Below are positions 1 to 12,771 of a stretch of 64,000 nt of DNA, piece by piece (the stretch's first letter is position 1; each line of letters starts with the position of its first letter). The translations under genes were made by a program, and so were the position numbers. This DNA is from Candidatus Kuenenia stuttgartensis (lineage in GTDB: Bacteria; Planctomycetota; JAKEIC01; DYIT01), in the NCBI GenBank assembly GCA_020723505.1, contig DYIT01000001.1:74870-138869 (forward strand), read 5' to 3'. The notes under the pieces are model-generated. The model ran no database searches. It had not been told where the DNA came from and was given only the letters and a program-made list of their open reading frames with translations.

Positions 1-1814
1 ACCTGATTGACACTCCCGGATACATGGACTTCATGGGCGAGGCCATATCCGGGATTAAGGCCTCGGACGTGGTGCTGGTCACGATAGCCGCCGCGGCGGG
101 CGTGCAGGTCAACACAAGGGCGACGTGGAAAGCCGCCCAGAACGCGGGGAAATCCCTGGCCATAGTCGTCACAAAGCTCGACGTCGAAAACGTTTCCTTC
201 GCGCAGGCCTTGGAAGGCATCCAGGCGAACTTCGGCAAGAACTGCGTGGCGGTGTCCGTGCCGAAGAACGAGGGGCCCTCCATCTCCGCCATCGAGGACG
301 TGTTCGAATCCAAGGGCGGGCTCGACGAGTGGCGCGAAGCCCTGGTCGAGGCCCTGGTGGAGAGCGACGACGATCTCATGGAGAAGTATCTGGAAGGGCA
401 GTCGCTCGACCCCGCAAAGCTCAGGGCCGCCTTCCGCAAGGGCATGGTGAAGAGGTCCTTCATTCCGGTGTTCTCGGTGGTTGCGGAGAAGGACATCGGC
501 GTCGAACTGCTCATGAACTACATTGCTAGCGATTTCCCGACCGCGGCGGACGTGGTGTCCTTCAAGGGCAGGTCGGGGGACGGCCAGCCGGATGAGGATA
601 TCGTGCCGTCGGATTCAGGCCCATTCATCGCGCAGGTCTTCAAGACGGTCACGGACGACTACGTCGGGAAGCTCAGCTATTTCAGGGTGATATCCGGCCG
701 CGCCGACTCGGAGTCCCAGGTGGTGATGGGGCGCTCGGCCAAGAAGGTGAAGATGCAGAACATCTTCCTTATTCAGGGCAAGGAGCAGAAGCCCGTCACC
801 GAGGTGACCGCCGGCAACATCTATTCGGTTTCCAAGGTGGAGGACCTGAACATCTCGGAGACCCTGTGCCAGGCGACGAAGCCGTACAGGCTATCAGAGC
901 TTGTGTTCCCCGAGCCGATGGTCTTCCTTGCCGTGTCGCCGAAGGCGAGGCAGGACGAGCAGCGCATATCCGGCTCCCTGGCAAAGCTTTGCGAGGAGGA
1001 CCCGACGTTCAAGGTGACGCGGAGCATCGAGACCAGCGAGACGGTTGCCACCGGCATGAGCCAGCTGCACCTCGACATCAAGTTCAAGACGCTCAAGGCG
1101 CGGTTCGGTGTGGAAATCGTCACGAAGCAGCCCAGGATTCCCTACCGCGAGACTATTACGGCCAAAGCCTCTACTAAGTACAGGCACAAGAAGCAGACCG
1201 GCGGAGCCGGGCAGTTCGCGGAGGTCTGGCTGAGGGTCGAGCCGCTGAGGTCGCCCGAGGGGCGGTACGAGGGGTTCGAGTTCGACTCCGAGGTGTTCGG
1301 CGGCGCGATATCCACCTCGTTCATCCCGTCAATCGAGAAGGGCGTAAGGGCCGTGCTCAAGACGGGCGCGGTGGCCGGGTACGCCATTGACGGGGTGAAA
1401 GCCGTGGTCTATGATGGCAAAGAACACCCGGTTGATTCGAAGGACATCGCCTTCCAGATAGCAGGCAGGGAGGCGTTCAAGCTGGCAGTGAAGGACGCGA
1501 AGCCGGTCCTCCTGGAACCCATCATGGACGTGGAAGTTTCAGTGTCGGCGTCCTACATGGGGGAAGTGACCGGCGACCTGAACACGAGGCGCGGGCGCAT
1601 CCAGGGCATGAACTCGGAGGGGCAGTGGCAGGTGATTTCCGCCAAGGTGCCCCAGGCCGAGATAATGGCGTATTCCACGGATTTGAGGTCCATGACCGGC
1701 GGCGAGGGGTTCTACACCATGAAGTTCTCGCATTACGACGTGGTCCCATCCAACATCGCCGCCGAGATTATTGCGAAGAGCGCCCGCAAGGAGGAGGAGT
1801 CGGACGCGGACTAG
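1..1814 (+). CDS. fusA: Elongation factor G-like GTPase (EF-G2 type), 5'-truncated by window edge
   Basis: Frame open from base 3 with LIDTPGYMDF (G3 motif); TKLD at G4; EEDPTF, PRIPYRETI, KKQTGGAGQFAEV, HPVDSKDIAF, PVLLEPIM domain III-V motifs. Confidence 0.93.
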   Translation, partial: LIDTPGYMDFMGEAISGIKASDVVLVTIAAAAGVQVNTRATWKAAQNAGKSLAIVVTKLDVENVSFAQALEGIQANFGKNCVAVSVPKNEGPSISAIEDVFESKGGLDEWREALVEALVESDDDLMEKYLEGQSLDPAKLRAAFRKGMVKRSFIPVFSVVAEKDIGVELLMNYIASDFPTAADVVSFKGRSGDGQPDEDIVPSDSGPFIAQVFKTVTDDYVGKLSYFRVISGRADSESQVVMGRSAKKVKMQNIFLIQGKEQKPVTEVTAGNIYSVSKVEDLNISETLCQATKPYRLSELVFPEPMVFLAVSPKARQDEQRISGSLAKLCEEDPTFKVTRSIETSETVATGMSQLHLDIKFKTLKARFGVEIVTKQPRIPYRETITAKASTKYRHKKQTGGAGQFAEVWLRVEPLRSPEGRYEGFEFDSEVFGGAISTSFIPSIEKGVRAVLKTGAVAGYAIDGVKAVVYDGKEHPVDSKDIAFQIAGREAFKLAVKDAKPVLLEPIMDVEVSVSASYMGEVTGDLNTRRGRIQGMNSEGQWQVISAKVPQAEIMAYSTDLRSMTGGEGFYTMKFSHYDVVPSNIAAEIIAKSARKEEESDAD

Positions 1815-1905
1815 CCGGATCGCGGCGGCGGTATTCCGGTTCCGCCGCATCCGAAGGCCGCGCGCCCGCCAGTTGCCGTGGTTCGGTCTTTTGGGGAGGA
1901 TTGAG

Positions 1906-2973
1906 ATGGTCACCCTCGAGGAGCTGCTGCAGATACTCGTGCAGCGCAACGGATCCGATTTGCACATAACAGCCGGGTCTCCGCCGAAAATCCGCATCGA
2001 CGGCAGGCTGGTCAACACGGAGCACGACGTGCTCACGCCCGAGATGTCGCAGAAGCTCGTGTACAGCATCCTCGACTCCAACCAGATTGCCCGATTCGAG
2101 AAGGACCTCGAGCTCGACATGTCGTTCGGCATCGAGGGGCTCGGCAGGTTCAGGACCAACGTCTTCCAGCAGCGCGGCGCCATAGGCGGGGCGTTCCGAA
2201 TCATCCCCTATGACATAAAGAGCATGAAGGAGCTCGGACTCCCTCAGGACGTGTGCGAGAGCCTGTGCGCTCTTCCAAAGGGGCTGGTCCTGGTGACCGG
2301 GTCGACGGGCTCGGGCAAGTCGACCACGCTCGCCAGCATGGTCGACTACATCAACACGGTCCGTACCGACCACATCGTGACCATAGAGGACCCCATCGAG
2401 TTCGTGCACCGCAACAAGAACTGCCTCGTGAACCAGAGGGAGGTCGGCGCCGACACGCACACTTTCCAGGACGCGCTCATCCACGTCTTGAGGCAGGACC
2501 CCGACGTGATTCTAATCGGCGAAATGCGCGACGTGACGACCATCGAGACGGCCCTTACGCTGGCCGAGACCGGGCACCTCACCTTCGCCACGCTGCACAC
2601 CTCCGACACGGTCCAGACCATGAACCGAATCGTCGACGTGTTCCCGGCCTACCAGCAGCAGCAAATCAGGACGCAGCTCTCCTTCACGCTGCAGGCCGTG
2701 TTCTGCCAGCAGCTAATCCCCCGCGCCAACGGCCGCGGACGCGTCCTGTGCGCGGAAATCATGATTGCGAACTCGGCGGTCAGGAGCCTAATCCGCGAGG
2801 ACAAGGCCCACCAGATCTATTCCGTAATCCAGACCGGAGGCAAGCTCGGCATGAGGACGATGAACCAGTCGCTCTTCGACCTCTACCGCGCCGGGCTGGT
2901 CAGTTACGACGAGGCCATGTCCAGGACCTCCGACCCCGAGGACCTCAAGAGGACTTTCGCAAGGTACCAGTAA
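1906..2973 (+). CDS. pilT: Type IV pilus retraction ATPase PilT
   Basis: GSDLHITAG, Walker A GSTGSGKST, TIEDPIE, LRQDPDVILIGEMRD, AETGHLTFATLHT, AVRSLIRE; GGGGAGGA RBS before ATG 1906. Confidence 0.95.
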   Translation: MVTLEELLQILVQRNGSDLHITAGSPPKIRIDGRLVNTEHDVLTPEMSQKLVYSILDSNQIARFEKDLELDMSFGIEGLGRFRTNVFQQRGAIGGAFRIIPYDIKSMKELGLPQDVCESLCALPKGLVLVTGSTGSGKSTTLASMVDYINTVRTDHIVTIEDPIEFVHRNKNCLVNQREVGADTHTFQDALIHVLRQDPDVILIGEMRDVTTIETALTLAETGHLTFATLHTSDTVQTMNRIVDVFPAYQQQQIRTQLSFTLQAVFCQQLIPRANGRGRVLCAEIMIANSAVRSLIREDKAHQIYSVIQTGGKLGMRTMNQSLFDLYRAGLVSYDEAMSRTSDPEDLKRTFARYQ

Positions 2974-2991
2974 ATCCAGGCGGAGGGCCAG

Positions 2992-4677
2992 GTGCCCAGG
3001 AACAGCAAGCTGGACAAGAGGCTGGTTCGAATCCTCGTCCATTGGGGGCTGATGTCCACCGAAGACGCGGAGAACGCGGCCATAGAGGCGGAGAAGGAGG
3101 ACAAGCCCCTGAGCCTCTACGTGGTCGAAAAGCAGAAGGTGGACGAGAAGGCCATGATCGGCGTGGTCTCCAAGGAGGTCGGGGTGCCGCCAATCGACCT
3201 CGATTCCATAACCTTCGACGAGTCGCTCACCGAGGTGTTCGACAAGGAAGTTGCGCTCAAGCACGAGGTGTGCCCGGTCTCCATTCTCGACAACATCATC
3301 ACCATAGCGGTCGCGGACCCGTTCGACTTCGTCAAGATAGACGACCTCAAGCTGGTCGCGGCGGGCAGCGAAATCAGGACGGTCATCAGCTCGGAGCGCA
3401 AAATCCACCAGGCCGTGGACCGTCTATACAACAAGAGCGCCAAGGCCATGGAGGACCTGCTCAAGAGATCCGCCGACGGATCGATGGTGCTCAAGGAGGA
3501 CGAGGAGGACGAGGAGCTCGACCCGGACCTCGTCAGCGCAATCCAGGACGGCGACGAGGAGTCGCCCGTGGTCAAAATCGTCAACCTGATAATCATGGAA
3601 GCCATCAGGGCCAAGGCGTCCGACATACACATAGAGCCGATGGAGAAGCGCCTCCGCATCCGCTACAGGACGGACGGCGTGCTCCACGAGGTCCAGTCGC
3701 CGCCCAAGAAGATGCAGTCCGCGGTCGTCTCGCGCATAAAGGTCATGTCCCAGATGGATATCGCTGAGAAGCGCAAGCCGCAGGACGGCAAGATTAAGAT
3801 GATGGTCGACGGCCGCCACATCGACTTCCGCGTATCCACGCTCCCGCTTGTCCACGGCGAGAAGACCGTGCTCAGGATTCTCGACAGCTCTAGCCTTATG
3901 ATTAACCTCGAGGCGCTCGGCTTCGAGCCGAAATGCCTCGTGGACTTCCGCTGGGCCATCAAGCAGCCATACGGGATGATCCTCGTTACCGGCCCCACGG
4001 GAAGCGGCAAGTCCACCACCCTGTACTCCGCCCTCAAGGAAATCATGAGCATAGAGGACAACGTCATCACGGTCGAGGAGCCCGTCGAGTACCAGCTCGA
4101 GGGCATCAACCAGGTGCCCGTGAACGCGAAGAGGGGCCTCACCTTCGCTGCGGCGCTCAGGTCCATCCTGCGTCAGGACCCGAATAAAATCATGATAGGC
4201 GAGCTCCGCGACCTCGAGACCTCGGAAATCGCCGTGAAGGACGCCTCCTAGGCCATAACCAGGATGGTAGACATGGGCGTCGAGCCGTTCCTGGTCGCTG
4301 CCACGGGCCTCCTCACCACCGCACAGAGGCTCTCGAGGAAGCTCTGCTCGGAGTGCAAGGCGCCGGCTGAGGTGCCCAAGGAGACACTGCTAAACATGCA
4401 GTTCAAGGCCGAGGAAATCGAGAACGCCCACATCTTCAAGGCCGTTGGATGCCCGAGATGCCGCAAGGGCTACAAGGGCCGCGCGGCCATCGTCGAGTCG
4501 CTCAAAATCACCGACGCCGTGAAGAGGATGATCATCCAGGGCAAGACATCCCTCGAAATCAAGGCCTACGCGGTGGAAAAGGAGGGGATGATTACCCTGA
4601 GGCGCGCCGCGATTTTGAGGGCCATGAGAGGCGAGCTCTCGCTTGAGGAGCTGGAAAGAGTTACAATGGCCGACTGA
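2992..4677 (+). pseudogene. pilB: Type IV pilus assembly ATPase PilB/GspE, disrupted (in-frame deletion of His-box plus TAG at 4249-4251)
   Basis: ASDIHIEP, GPTGSGKSTT, ILRQDPNKIMIGELRD; then AVKDAS*AITRMVDMGVEPF continues in the same frame with CSEC/CPRC Zn motif and KGYKGRAAIVE; the usual AALTGHLVLSTLHTN segment is absent. Confidence 0.8.
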
Positions 4678-4735
4678 AATCCCGGCCGGGCCGGCGCTCC
4701 CCGCGACGCCGGGGCCGCTTCTTTGGAGATGAAAG

Positions 4736-5974
4736 ATGCCGAAGTTCAGGTACTCGGCCAAGAACGCCGAGGGAAAGAAGCTGTCCGGAACCGTCATCGC
4801 CCAGGACGAGAACGACGCCGTCGGAGAGCTCAGAAAGCAGAGCCTCGTCGTCCTGTCCGTGAAGCAGGAGTCCGAAGCCAAGGGCAAGGGCTTCCTGGGA
4901 CTGGGCGGCAAGGCTCCGCGGCCCAGGGTGAGGGGCGACGACCTCGTCGTGTTCACGAGGCAGCTCGCCACCATGATTAACGCCGGCATCACTCTTCTTG
5001 AGGCCCTGGACATCCTGTCCGAGCAGGCCGACGACAAGGGATTCCAGTACGTCCTGTCCACGATAGTCGACGACGTGAGGAGCGGCACCGACTTCTCCAC
5101 CGCGCTCGGCCAGCACCCGAAGGTCTTCAAGCGCATCTACGTTAACATGGTCAAGGCGGGCGAGGCGTCCGGCCAGCTCGACGAAATCCTCAACAGACTC
5201 GCGGGGTACCTGGAAGCTTCCGCCGCCCTGCGCAGGGAGGTTATCGGGGCGATGACCTACCCGGTGGTTTCACTGTGCCTCGTTATGGGCATCACCGGTT
5301 TCCTGCTCATATACATCGTTCCCAAGTTCGAGGAGATATTCAAGTCGTTCGAGAACCTCGAGCTGCCCGCCATCACCAAGTTCCTCCTCGGGCTGTCGAA
5401 ATTCCTGAGCTCGAACGTCCTCTTCATCGTGCTGGGACTGATTGCATTCGCCATCGCGTTCACCTTCTACAAGAAGACCGACAGGGGCGAGTGGCAAATC
5501 GACTGGCTCAAGCTCCAGCTGCCCATCTTCGGGAGCCTCTTCCGGAAGATTGCCATCTCGCGTTTCGCGAGGACTTTCGCGACCCTGATAAAGAGCGGCG
5601 TGCCAATCCTCGGCGCCCTGGAAATCGTGGCGGCCACCGCCGGCAACAGGCTCATCTCCGACGCAGTGGACGCCGCCCGCGAAAGCGTCAGGCAGGGCGA
5701 GTCCCTCGGAGACCCCCTTGCCGCCAGCAAGATGTTCCCGCCGATGGTCACGCGCATGATAAGCATCGGCGAGAAGTCGGGCGCGCTCGAAAGCCTCCTC
5801 GAGAAGATTGCCGAGTTCTACGACCAGCAGGTGAAGACGACCATAGAAAGCCTCACGTCCCTGATTGAGCCCCTCATGCTCGGACTCATGGGCTTCCTGG
5901 TCGGCTCAATCGTACTGGCGATTTTCCTGCCCATCCTCAAGCTCCAGAGCCAGCTGTCGTCCGGGGGGGGGTAA
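4736..5974 (+). CDS. pilC: Type IV pilus/T2SS inner-membrane platform protein PilC (GspF family)
   Basis: FTRQLATMINAG, MVKAGEASGQLDEIL, AMTYP, MISIGEKSGAL, SLIEP; follows pilT/pilB. Confidence 0.95.
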   Translation: MPKFRYSAKNAEGKKLSGTVIAQDENDAVGELRKQSLVVLSVKQESEAKGKGFLGLGGKAPRPRVRGDDLVVFTRQLATMINAGITLLEALDILSEQADDKGFQYVLSTIVDDVRSGTDFSTALGQHPKVFKRIYVNMVKAGEASGQLDEILNRLAGYLEASAALRREVIGAMTYPVVSLCLVMGITGFLLIYIVPKFEEIFKSFENLELPAITKFLLGLSKFLSSNVLFIVLGLIAFAIAFTFYKKTDRGEWQIDWLKLQLPIFGSLFRKIAISRFARTFATLIKSGVPILGALEIVAATAGNRLISDAVDAARESVRQGESLGDPLAASKMFPPMVTRMISIGEKSGALESLLEKIAEFYDQQVKTTIESLTSLIEPLMLGLMGFLVGSIVLAIFLPILKLQSQLSSGGG

Positions 5975-6003
5975 CGGGAAGAAACGCGCGGGGAGGACAT
6001 GAT

Positions 6004-6033
6004 GGGGCGGGCCGGAAAGCCCGCCCCTTTTTT
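6004..6033 (+). terminator. Rho-independent terminator after pilC
   Basis: 9-bp perfect stem GGGGCGGGC/GCCCGCCCC, 6-nt loop, followed by T6. Confidence 0.85.
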
Positions 6034-6051
6034 CACTGTCAAGCAGGGCTC

Positions 6052-7737
<1,686 letters not shown>

Positions 7738-9761
7738 GCCCCGGGGATTCCCGGGCTCCCGGCGACCCGCCCGGCGGCGCGCACCCGCCCGCCGCCGGTG
7801 CGGGCGGTTCCCCGCGGGACCGGCTGGAAACGGCCGCGGAGGGCGCCGGCAAGGCACTCGGGCCCCTGTGCGCCGCCCTCGCCGTCGCGCTCGCGATATC
7901 GCTTTCCGCGACCACGTTCAACTCCACCGACGGGCCCGCGCTGATCCGCTTCGGCATGCTGGCGCTGGAGCAGGGGCGGTTCGCTAGATTCGGCGACTAC
8001 GCGGCTCCCTCCGACGCAAACGACCCGCACGCCCTCCACCACCAGTGGCTCCTCGAGCCCGTCTCCGCCGCTGCCTGGTCCCTGCTCGGAGAGCGCGGCG
8101 TATGGCTGCTGCAGGCCGCCGTGCTCCTCTCGGTCATGCTCTTCCTCTTCCTCGCGGCCCGGGGAAGGACCCCGCTCTGGGTGCCGGCCGCCGCCGCCGC
8201 CGCAATGTTGATTGCATTGACGCCCAGAATCCTGCTCAGGGGGGATTTCGCAAGCCTCGCGTTCCTCGCAGCGGAATTGTACGTGCTCCGCTCAGCCGCA
8301 GAGCGGGGGAAATGGACCAGGGCCTGGTGGGTTGTCCCGATTACCCTCCTTTGGATTAACTGCCATCCCATGGCCGCCTTCGGAATAGGAATGGCCGTTC
8401 TCTGCGCCTGCGAGGAGGCGATAAGGCCGTTCCTGGACCGCAAACCGTTCATGACCTCGCTCCGCGAAAGGAGGCACCTTTTCGCCGCCGTCGCTCTCGC
8501 CGCCGCGTCGACCGCCCTCACGCCCTACGGCCCTGGGCTCGTCCTGGTCTGGGCCGGAGCAATGGCTCCTTCCGCCGAAGGGGCGGACGTGATGAAGTCC
8601 GTTGCCGAGTTCGCGCCGCTTGCAGACTTCTTCGACACAATCTTCCTCCTCGCCTTCAAGGCGCTCGCCGCATGTGCGGCGGCGATTTTCCTGCTCACGG
8701 CCCGAAAGACGAGATTCTGGCCCATGCTCGCATTCGCCGCATGCGCCGCCATGTCCTTCATGCATTTCCGGATGATTGGATTCGCTTCAGTGGCCGCCGC
8801 GTTCCTGATTGTCTTCTCCGCCCCGAACCTCGCCTCCTCCGCCGCACGCCTGCGGTGGTTCACCCCGCTGCGACTCAAGATTGCCTCGGCTGCCGCGGCC
8901 GCCGCCACGGCGCTGTGCGTCTCCCTGACCGCCTCGGACGCGTTCGGCGGCGGCCTGTTCCTCAGGAACTTCGACCTCAGGCGCTTCGGCGAGACCCAAG
9001 GCAACCTCCATTTCCCGTGGCGCGCCGTCGAGTTCGTAAAGGAAAAGGGTCTCGAGGGGAACTGCTTCAACAACTACGACATCGGATCGTTCCTTGCCCT
9101 CGCCCTTCCGCATGGGAACAGGATTGTCATCGACACGCAGTTCCTCTACACCAGGGAGTTCTATTTCGAATACGGGAACGTGATGGAAGCGAAGGCGCCG
9201 ATCGCGCCCTGGATTGCGAAGTACAGCATAGGATTCGTCATGCTCAAGCCCTCCTCCGGCGAGATTATGGAGGTATTCCGCCTTCTCTATGCCGATCCGG
9301 AATGGCGCCTGGTCTTCATCGACGAGGGGGGCGCCGTGTTCGTCCTGGCAGGCCATCCGAACTGGGCGCGGTCGGGCTGCAAGGCCATAGACCTCGACAA
9401 GGCTGATCCGGAAAGCCTTGTTTCGCGCGGCAGGGACTCGCGGCCCGAGGACATGGCGGCCATGGCCGACTTCCTGGTGCGCGCGGGCAGGCCGGAACGG
9501 GCCATGGGCCTCTACCTGACGGCCCTGGAGCGCGAGCCGGGACTCGTGACCGCATGGAACAACCTGGGCGTGATTCTCATGAACCGCGGCGAAGCCCGGG
9601 GGGCGTTCAGGTGCTTCGAAGAGGCCGTGAAGGTCAACGGCCGATACGGGAAGCCGAGGAAGAACCTCAGGCGCCTCCTCGATTCCGGGATGCTCGCGCC
9701 CGGGTCCGAGGAGGCTCGGACGGCTGAAGAACTGGGCCGGTAGAACCGATAACGCGGGGGA

Positions 9762-9841
9762 TTGAGCAGTCGAGCATTGGAACAGTTGAACAGGTGAGAA
9801 CGATCGGCTCGACTGCGGTCCACTGTTCAACTGCTCTACTG
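9762..9841. repeat. Octamer-based inverted repeat element
   Basis: ttgagcag/tcgagcat/tggaacag/ttgaacag run; cagttgaacag (9783-9793) pairs with ctgttcaactg (9823-9833). Confidence 0.6.
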
Positions 9842-9859
9842 TCATATTTCCATCCAAAC

Positions 9860-9934
9860 TTGCCTGCCGGCACTTCGCAGGTCAAACTGATCCTGTGGGA
9901 GGCGAATGTGCCCTGTTGCCTGCCGGCACTTCGC
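9860..9934 (+). repeat. 19-bp direct repeat pair
   Basis: ttgcctgccggcacttcgc at 9860-9878 and 9916-9934. Confidence 0.85.
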
Positions 9935-10003
9935 CGATATCATTAGTTCGTTGGAACAGCCCCGGGAAGCCGGCGGCAGTTTCCGGAATCATCGGAGGAT
10001 GCC

Positions 10004-10891
10004 GTGATCGATGCGCGCAAGGAAGCGAGCGAGTGGAGGATTGGTCTGGCGCAGGAGGCTTCGCGCCTTTACGCCGCCCTGGAGGGCGTGGAGATGATTG
10101 TCCTGGGGGGCTCCCCGTCCCGGGGCCTGTCGGACGCGTGGTCGGACCTCGACATCGTCGTCTACTGGGACGCGCGGGAATCGATAAGGCTCGAGCCCCA
10201 GCCGCTCGGGCAGGCGGGACTCGAAAGGCGGATGCTCAGGAAGACGAGCGAGGACGGGACGTTTCTCGAGTCATACTATCTCGGAGGCCTCAAGCTCGAT
10301 TTCGGCCATCTCCCGCTCGGCCTCTGGGAACGATGGGTGGGGGACGCCGTGGAAAGATTCGAGACCGCCGGCTGGCTTCACAAATCGATTGCAGGCTTCC
10401 TGGATTCCATCCCGCTGCACAATCCGGGGCTTGCGGAGGAGTGGAAGAGGCGCGCTTCGGTCTATCCGGACAAGCTCGCGAGGAAAATGGTCGCCGGGAA
10501 CCTCGGCTTCTTCCAGCGAGGAGTGCTCGATCACCAGGGACTTGAGAGGGGGGACGTGCTCTATTTCTACGACGGTCTCTGCGTGATGATGAAGAAGATC
10601 CTGGGCATTCTCGCGGGCCTGAACCGGATCTACTTCTCCGCGGACGAGCCCAGGTGGATTGAATACGAGCTCGGACGGATGCGCATCAAGCCGCGTGACG
10701 CCTGGGCCCGCATGAAATCCGCGCTCGAGGGCGACAGGACCCGTGCCGCGGGAATCGTCGAGGACCTCGTGGCCGAGACGCTGGAGCTGATTGCCGCGCA
10801 CATGCCGGACCTCGACGTCTCGAGGCTGAGAAAACTCTACCCGATGCCGATTACCGCATGCGAATCCAGGCCGGCGTTTCCTGCGAAATAG
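10004..10891 (+). CDS. Pol-beta-fold nucleotidyltransferase domain protein (DUF4037-like)
   Basis: VLGGSPSRGLSDAWSDLDIVVY (GS...DxD) plus helical C-terminus with LAGLNRIY. Confidence 0.75.
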   Translation: MIDARKEASEWRIGLAQEASRLYAALEGVEMIVLGGSPSRGLSDAWSDLDIVVYWDARESIRLEPQPLGQAGLERRMLRKTSEDGTFLESYYLGGLKLDFGHLPLGLWERWVGDAVERFETAGWLHKSIAGFLDSIPLHNPGLAEEWKRRASVYPDKLARKMVAGNLGFFQRGVLDHQGLERGDVLYFYDGLCVMMKKILGILAGLNRIYFSADEPRWIEYELGRMRIKPRDAWARMKSALEGDRTRAAGIVEDLVAETLELIAAHMPDLDVSRLRKLYPMPITACESRPAFPAK

Positions 10892-10980
10892 GTGGTTTAT
10901 TGCCTCCGCTTCGCGCGTTGTCACGGTATAATTCCGCACTTGCCGGCAATGACCGGATTTGGTTTTTTCGAAGTCAGGCC

Positions 10981-12771
10981 ATGGCCATAGTCCTCCAGGT
11001 CAAGGACGCGCTCAAGCGATACGGCGGCGTGAGGCTGCTCGACAATGCCTCCTTCTCCATGACCGACTCGCAGAAGGTCGGACTCATCGGCCGCAACGGC
11101 TGCGGCAAGACCACCCTGTGCAGGGCAATCATAGGCGAGGATGAGCTCGAAACGGGCGATATTATCAAGGCCCGCGACTTGAGGCTGGGCTACCTGAGGC
11201 AGGACAACCCGTTCCTCCCCGGGGAGACGGTCATCGAGTTCCTGCAAAGGGACACCGGATCACCTGACTGGCGCTGCGGCGAAATCGCCTGGCAGTTCGA
11301 AATCGGCAAGCCGCGGCTCGACGGCCAGGTATCGGCCCTGTCGAGCGGCTGGCAGACGCGCGTCAAGCTCGCAGCGCTCCTCCTCAGGAACCCGAACCTG
11401 CTCGTGCTCGACGAGCCCACCAACTTCCTGGACCTGAGGACCCAAATCCTCCTCGAGCGGTTCCTCAAGGGATTCCGCGGCGGTTGCCTCATGGTCTCGC
11501 ATGACAGGGCGTTCCTCAGGAACGTCTGCACCCACACGCTCGAGCTCGAGAACGGCAAGCTCACCATGTTCCCGGGCGACGTGGACTCATGGATTGCCCA
11601 CAAGCAGAAGCAGAGGGAGGTCGACGAGAAGACCAATGCCGTGATCGTCGCCCGCCGCCGCCAGCTCCAGGACTTCATAGACCGCAACAGGGTCCGCGCG
11701 GCCACCGCCTCCAGGGCCCAGGCGAAAATCAAGATGCTCGAAAAACTCAAGGTCAAGGAGCTCGACTCGCCCGAGGATACCGCGCGCATACGCCTCCCGA
11801 GCGTCGAGCGGCGCAAGGGATGGGCCCTCTCATGCGAAGACCTCGAAATCGGCTACCCTTCATTCAAGGTCGCGGGCGGCATATGCTTCGACGTGAACCA
11901 CGGCTCCCGCGTGGCCGTCGTGGGGGACAACGGCCAGGGGAAGACCACGTTCCTGAGGACGATAACAAGGGACATCCCTTCCCTCGGCGGCGGATTCCGC
12001 TGGAGCCAGAACGCGAAGTTCGGCTTCTACGCGCAGAACGTGTACGAAAGCCTCAAGGAGGGCGGCACGGTGCTCGAATACCTGAGCCGCAGGGCCGATC
12101 CGCGCACGCCTCCTGCCGTATTCCGGAACCTCGCGGGCTGCTTCCTGTTCTCGGGCGACGACGCGGAAAAACAGGTCTCCGTACTGAGCGGCGGCGAACG
12201 GGCGCGGCTCTGCCTCGCAGGACTGCTCCTCGGAGGATTCAACGTGCTCGTGCTCGACGAGCCGGGCAACCACCTGGATGTGGAAACCGTCGATGCGCTC
12301 GCCGACGCACTGAACGAGTACGAAGGCACGGTGGTCTTCACGAGCCACGACAGGCATTTCCTGGAAAGAACCGCCACCACCGTGATCGAGGTCAGGGACG
12401 GAAGGGTCGCGCTGTTCCCCGGAGACTACAGGGAATACGTCGATCACGTGCTCCTGGAAATCGCCGCGGGCGAAAGGGACCCAAAGGACAGGCCGGCGAG
12501 ACAACCCGCTCCCCCACACCCGGACAAGGACGTGAGAAAGGAACGCGCAAGAGCACTCCACGCCCTCCAGCGGGAACTATCCTCCGCGGAAAAACAGCTC
12601 GAAAGGCTCGGCGAACGCAAGGCCGAGCTGAACCGGCAGTTCCTCGCCTCGTCGAACCCCTCCGAGGCGCAACGACTCCATGCCGAAATCAGCGCGGTTT
12701 CCGGAAAAATCACCGCCCTCGAAGAACGCTGGATGACCCTGCACGAAGAACTCAACAAGCCTTCGGCTTGA
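10981..12771 (+). CDS. ABC-F family ATPase (ribosome-associated)
   Basis: Two NBDs: GRNGCGKTT/LSSGW/LDEPTNFLD and GDNGQGKTT/LSGGE/LDEPGNHLD; no TM segments; coiled-coil C-terminus. Confidence 0.93.
   Translation: MAIVLQVKDALKRYGGVRLLDNASFSMTDSQKVGLIGRNGCGKTTLCRAIIGEDELETGDIIKARDLRLGYLRQDNPFLPGETVIEFLQRDTGSPDWRCGEIAWQFEIGKPRLDGQVSALSSGWQTRVKLAALLLRNPNLLVLDEPTNFLDLRTQILLERFLKGFRGGCLMVSHDRAFLRNVCTHTLELENGKLTMFPGDVDSWIAHKQKQREVDEKTNAVIVARRRQLQDFIDRNRVRAATASRAQAKIKMLEKLKVKELDSPEDTARIRLPSVERRKGWALSCEDLEIGYPSFKVAGGICFDVNHGSRVAVVGDNGQGKTTFLRTITRDIPSLGGGFRWSQNAKFGFYAQNVYESLKEGGTVLEYLSRRADPRTPPAVFRNLAGCFLFSGDDAEKQVSVLSGGERARLCLAGLLLGGFNVLVLDEPGNHLDVETVDALADALNEYEGTVVFTSHDRHFLERTATTVIEVRDGRVALFPGDYREYVDHVLLEIAAGERDPKDRPARQPAPPHPDKDVRKERARALHALQRELSSAEKQLERLGERKAELNRQFLASSNPSEAQRLHAEISAVSGKITALEERWMTLHEELNKPSA

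Noticed and set aside
4249-4251. Amber read-through (pyrrolysine or recoded TAG) in pilB
   Set aside because: TAG terminates several intact genes here (e.g. at 1814, 9743, 25616), no pyl genes are present, and the adjacent His-box deletion would still inactivate the protein.
10004-12771. Antibiotic-resistance pair (nucleotidyltransferase plus ARE ABC-F)
   Set aside because: Neither protein could be assigned to a resistance subfamily by eye; housekeeping ABC-F proteins are common.
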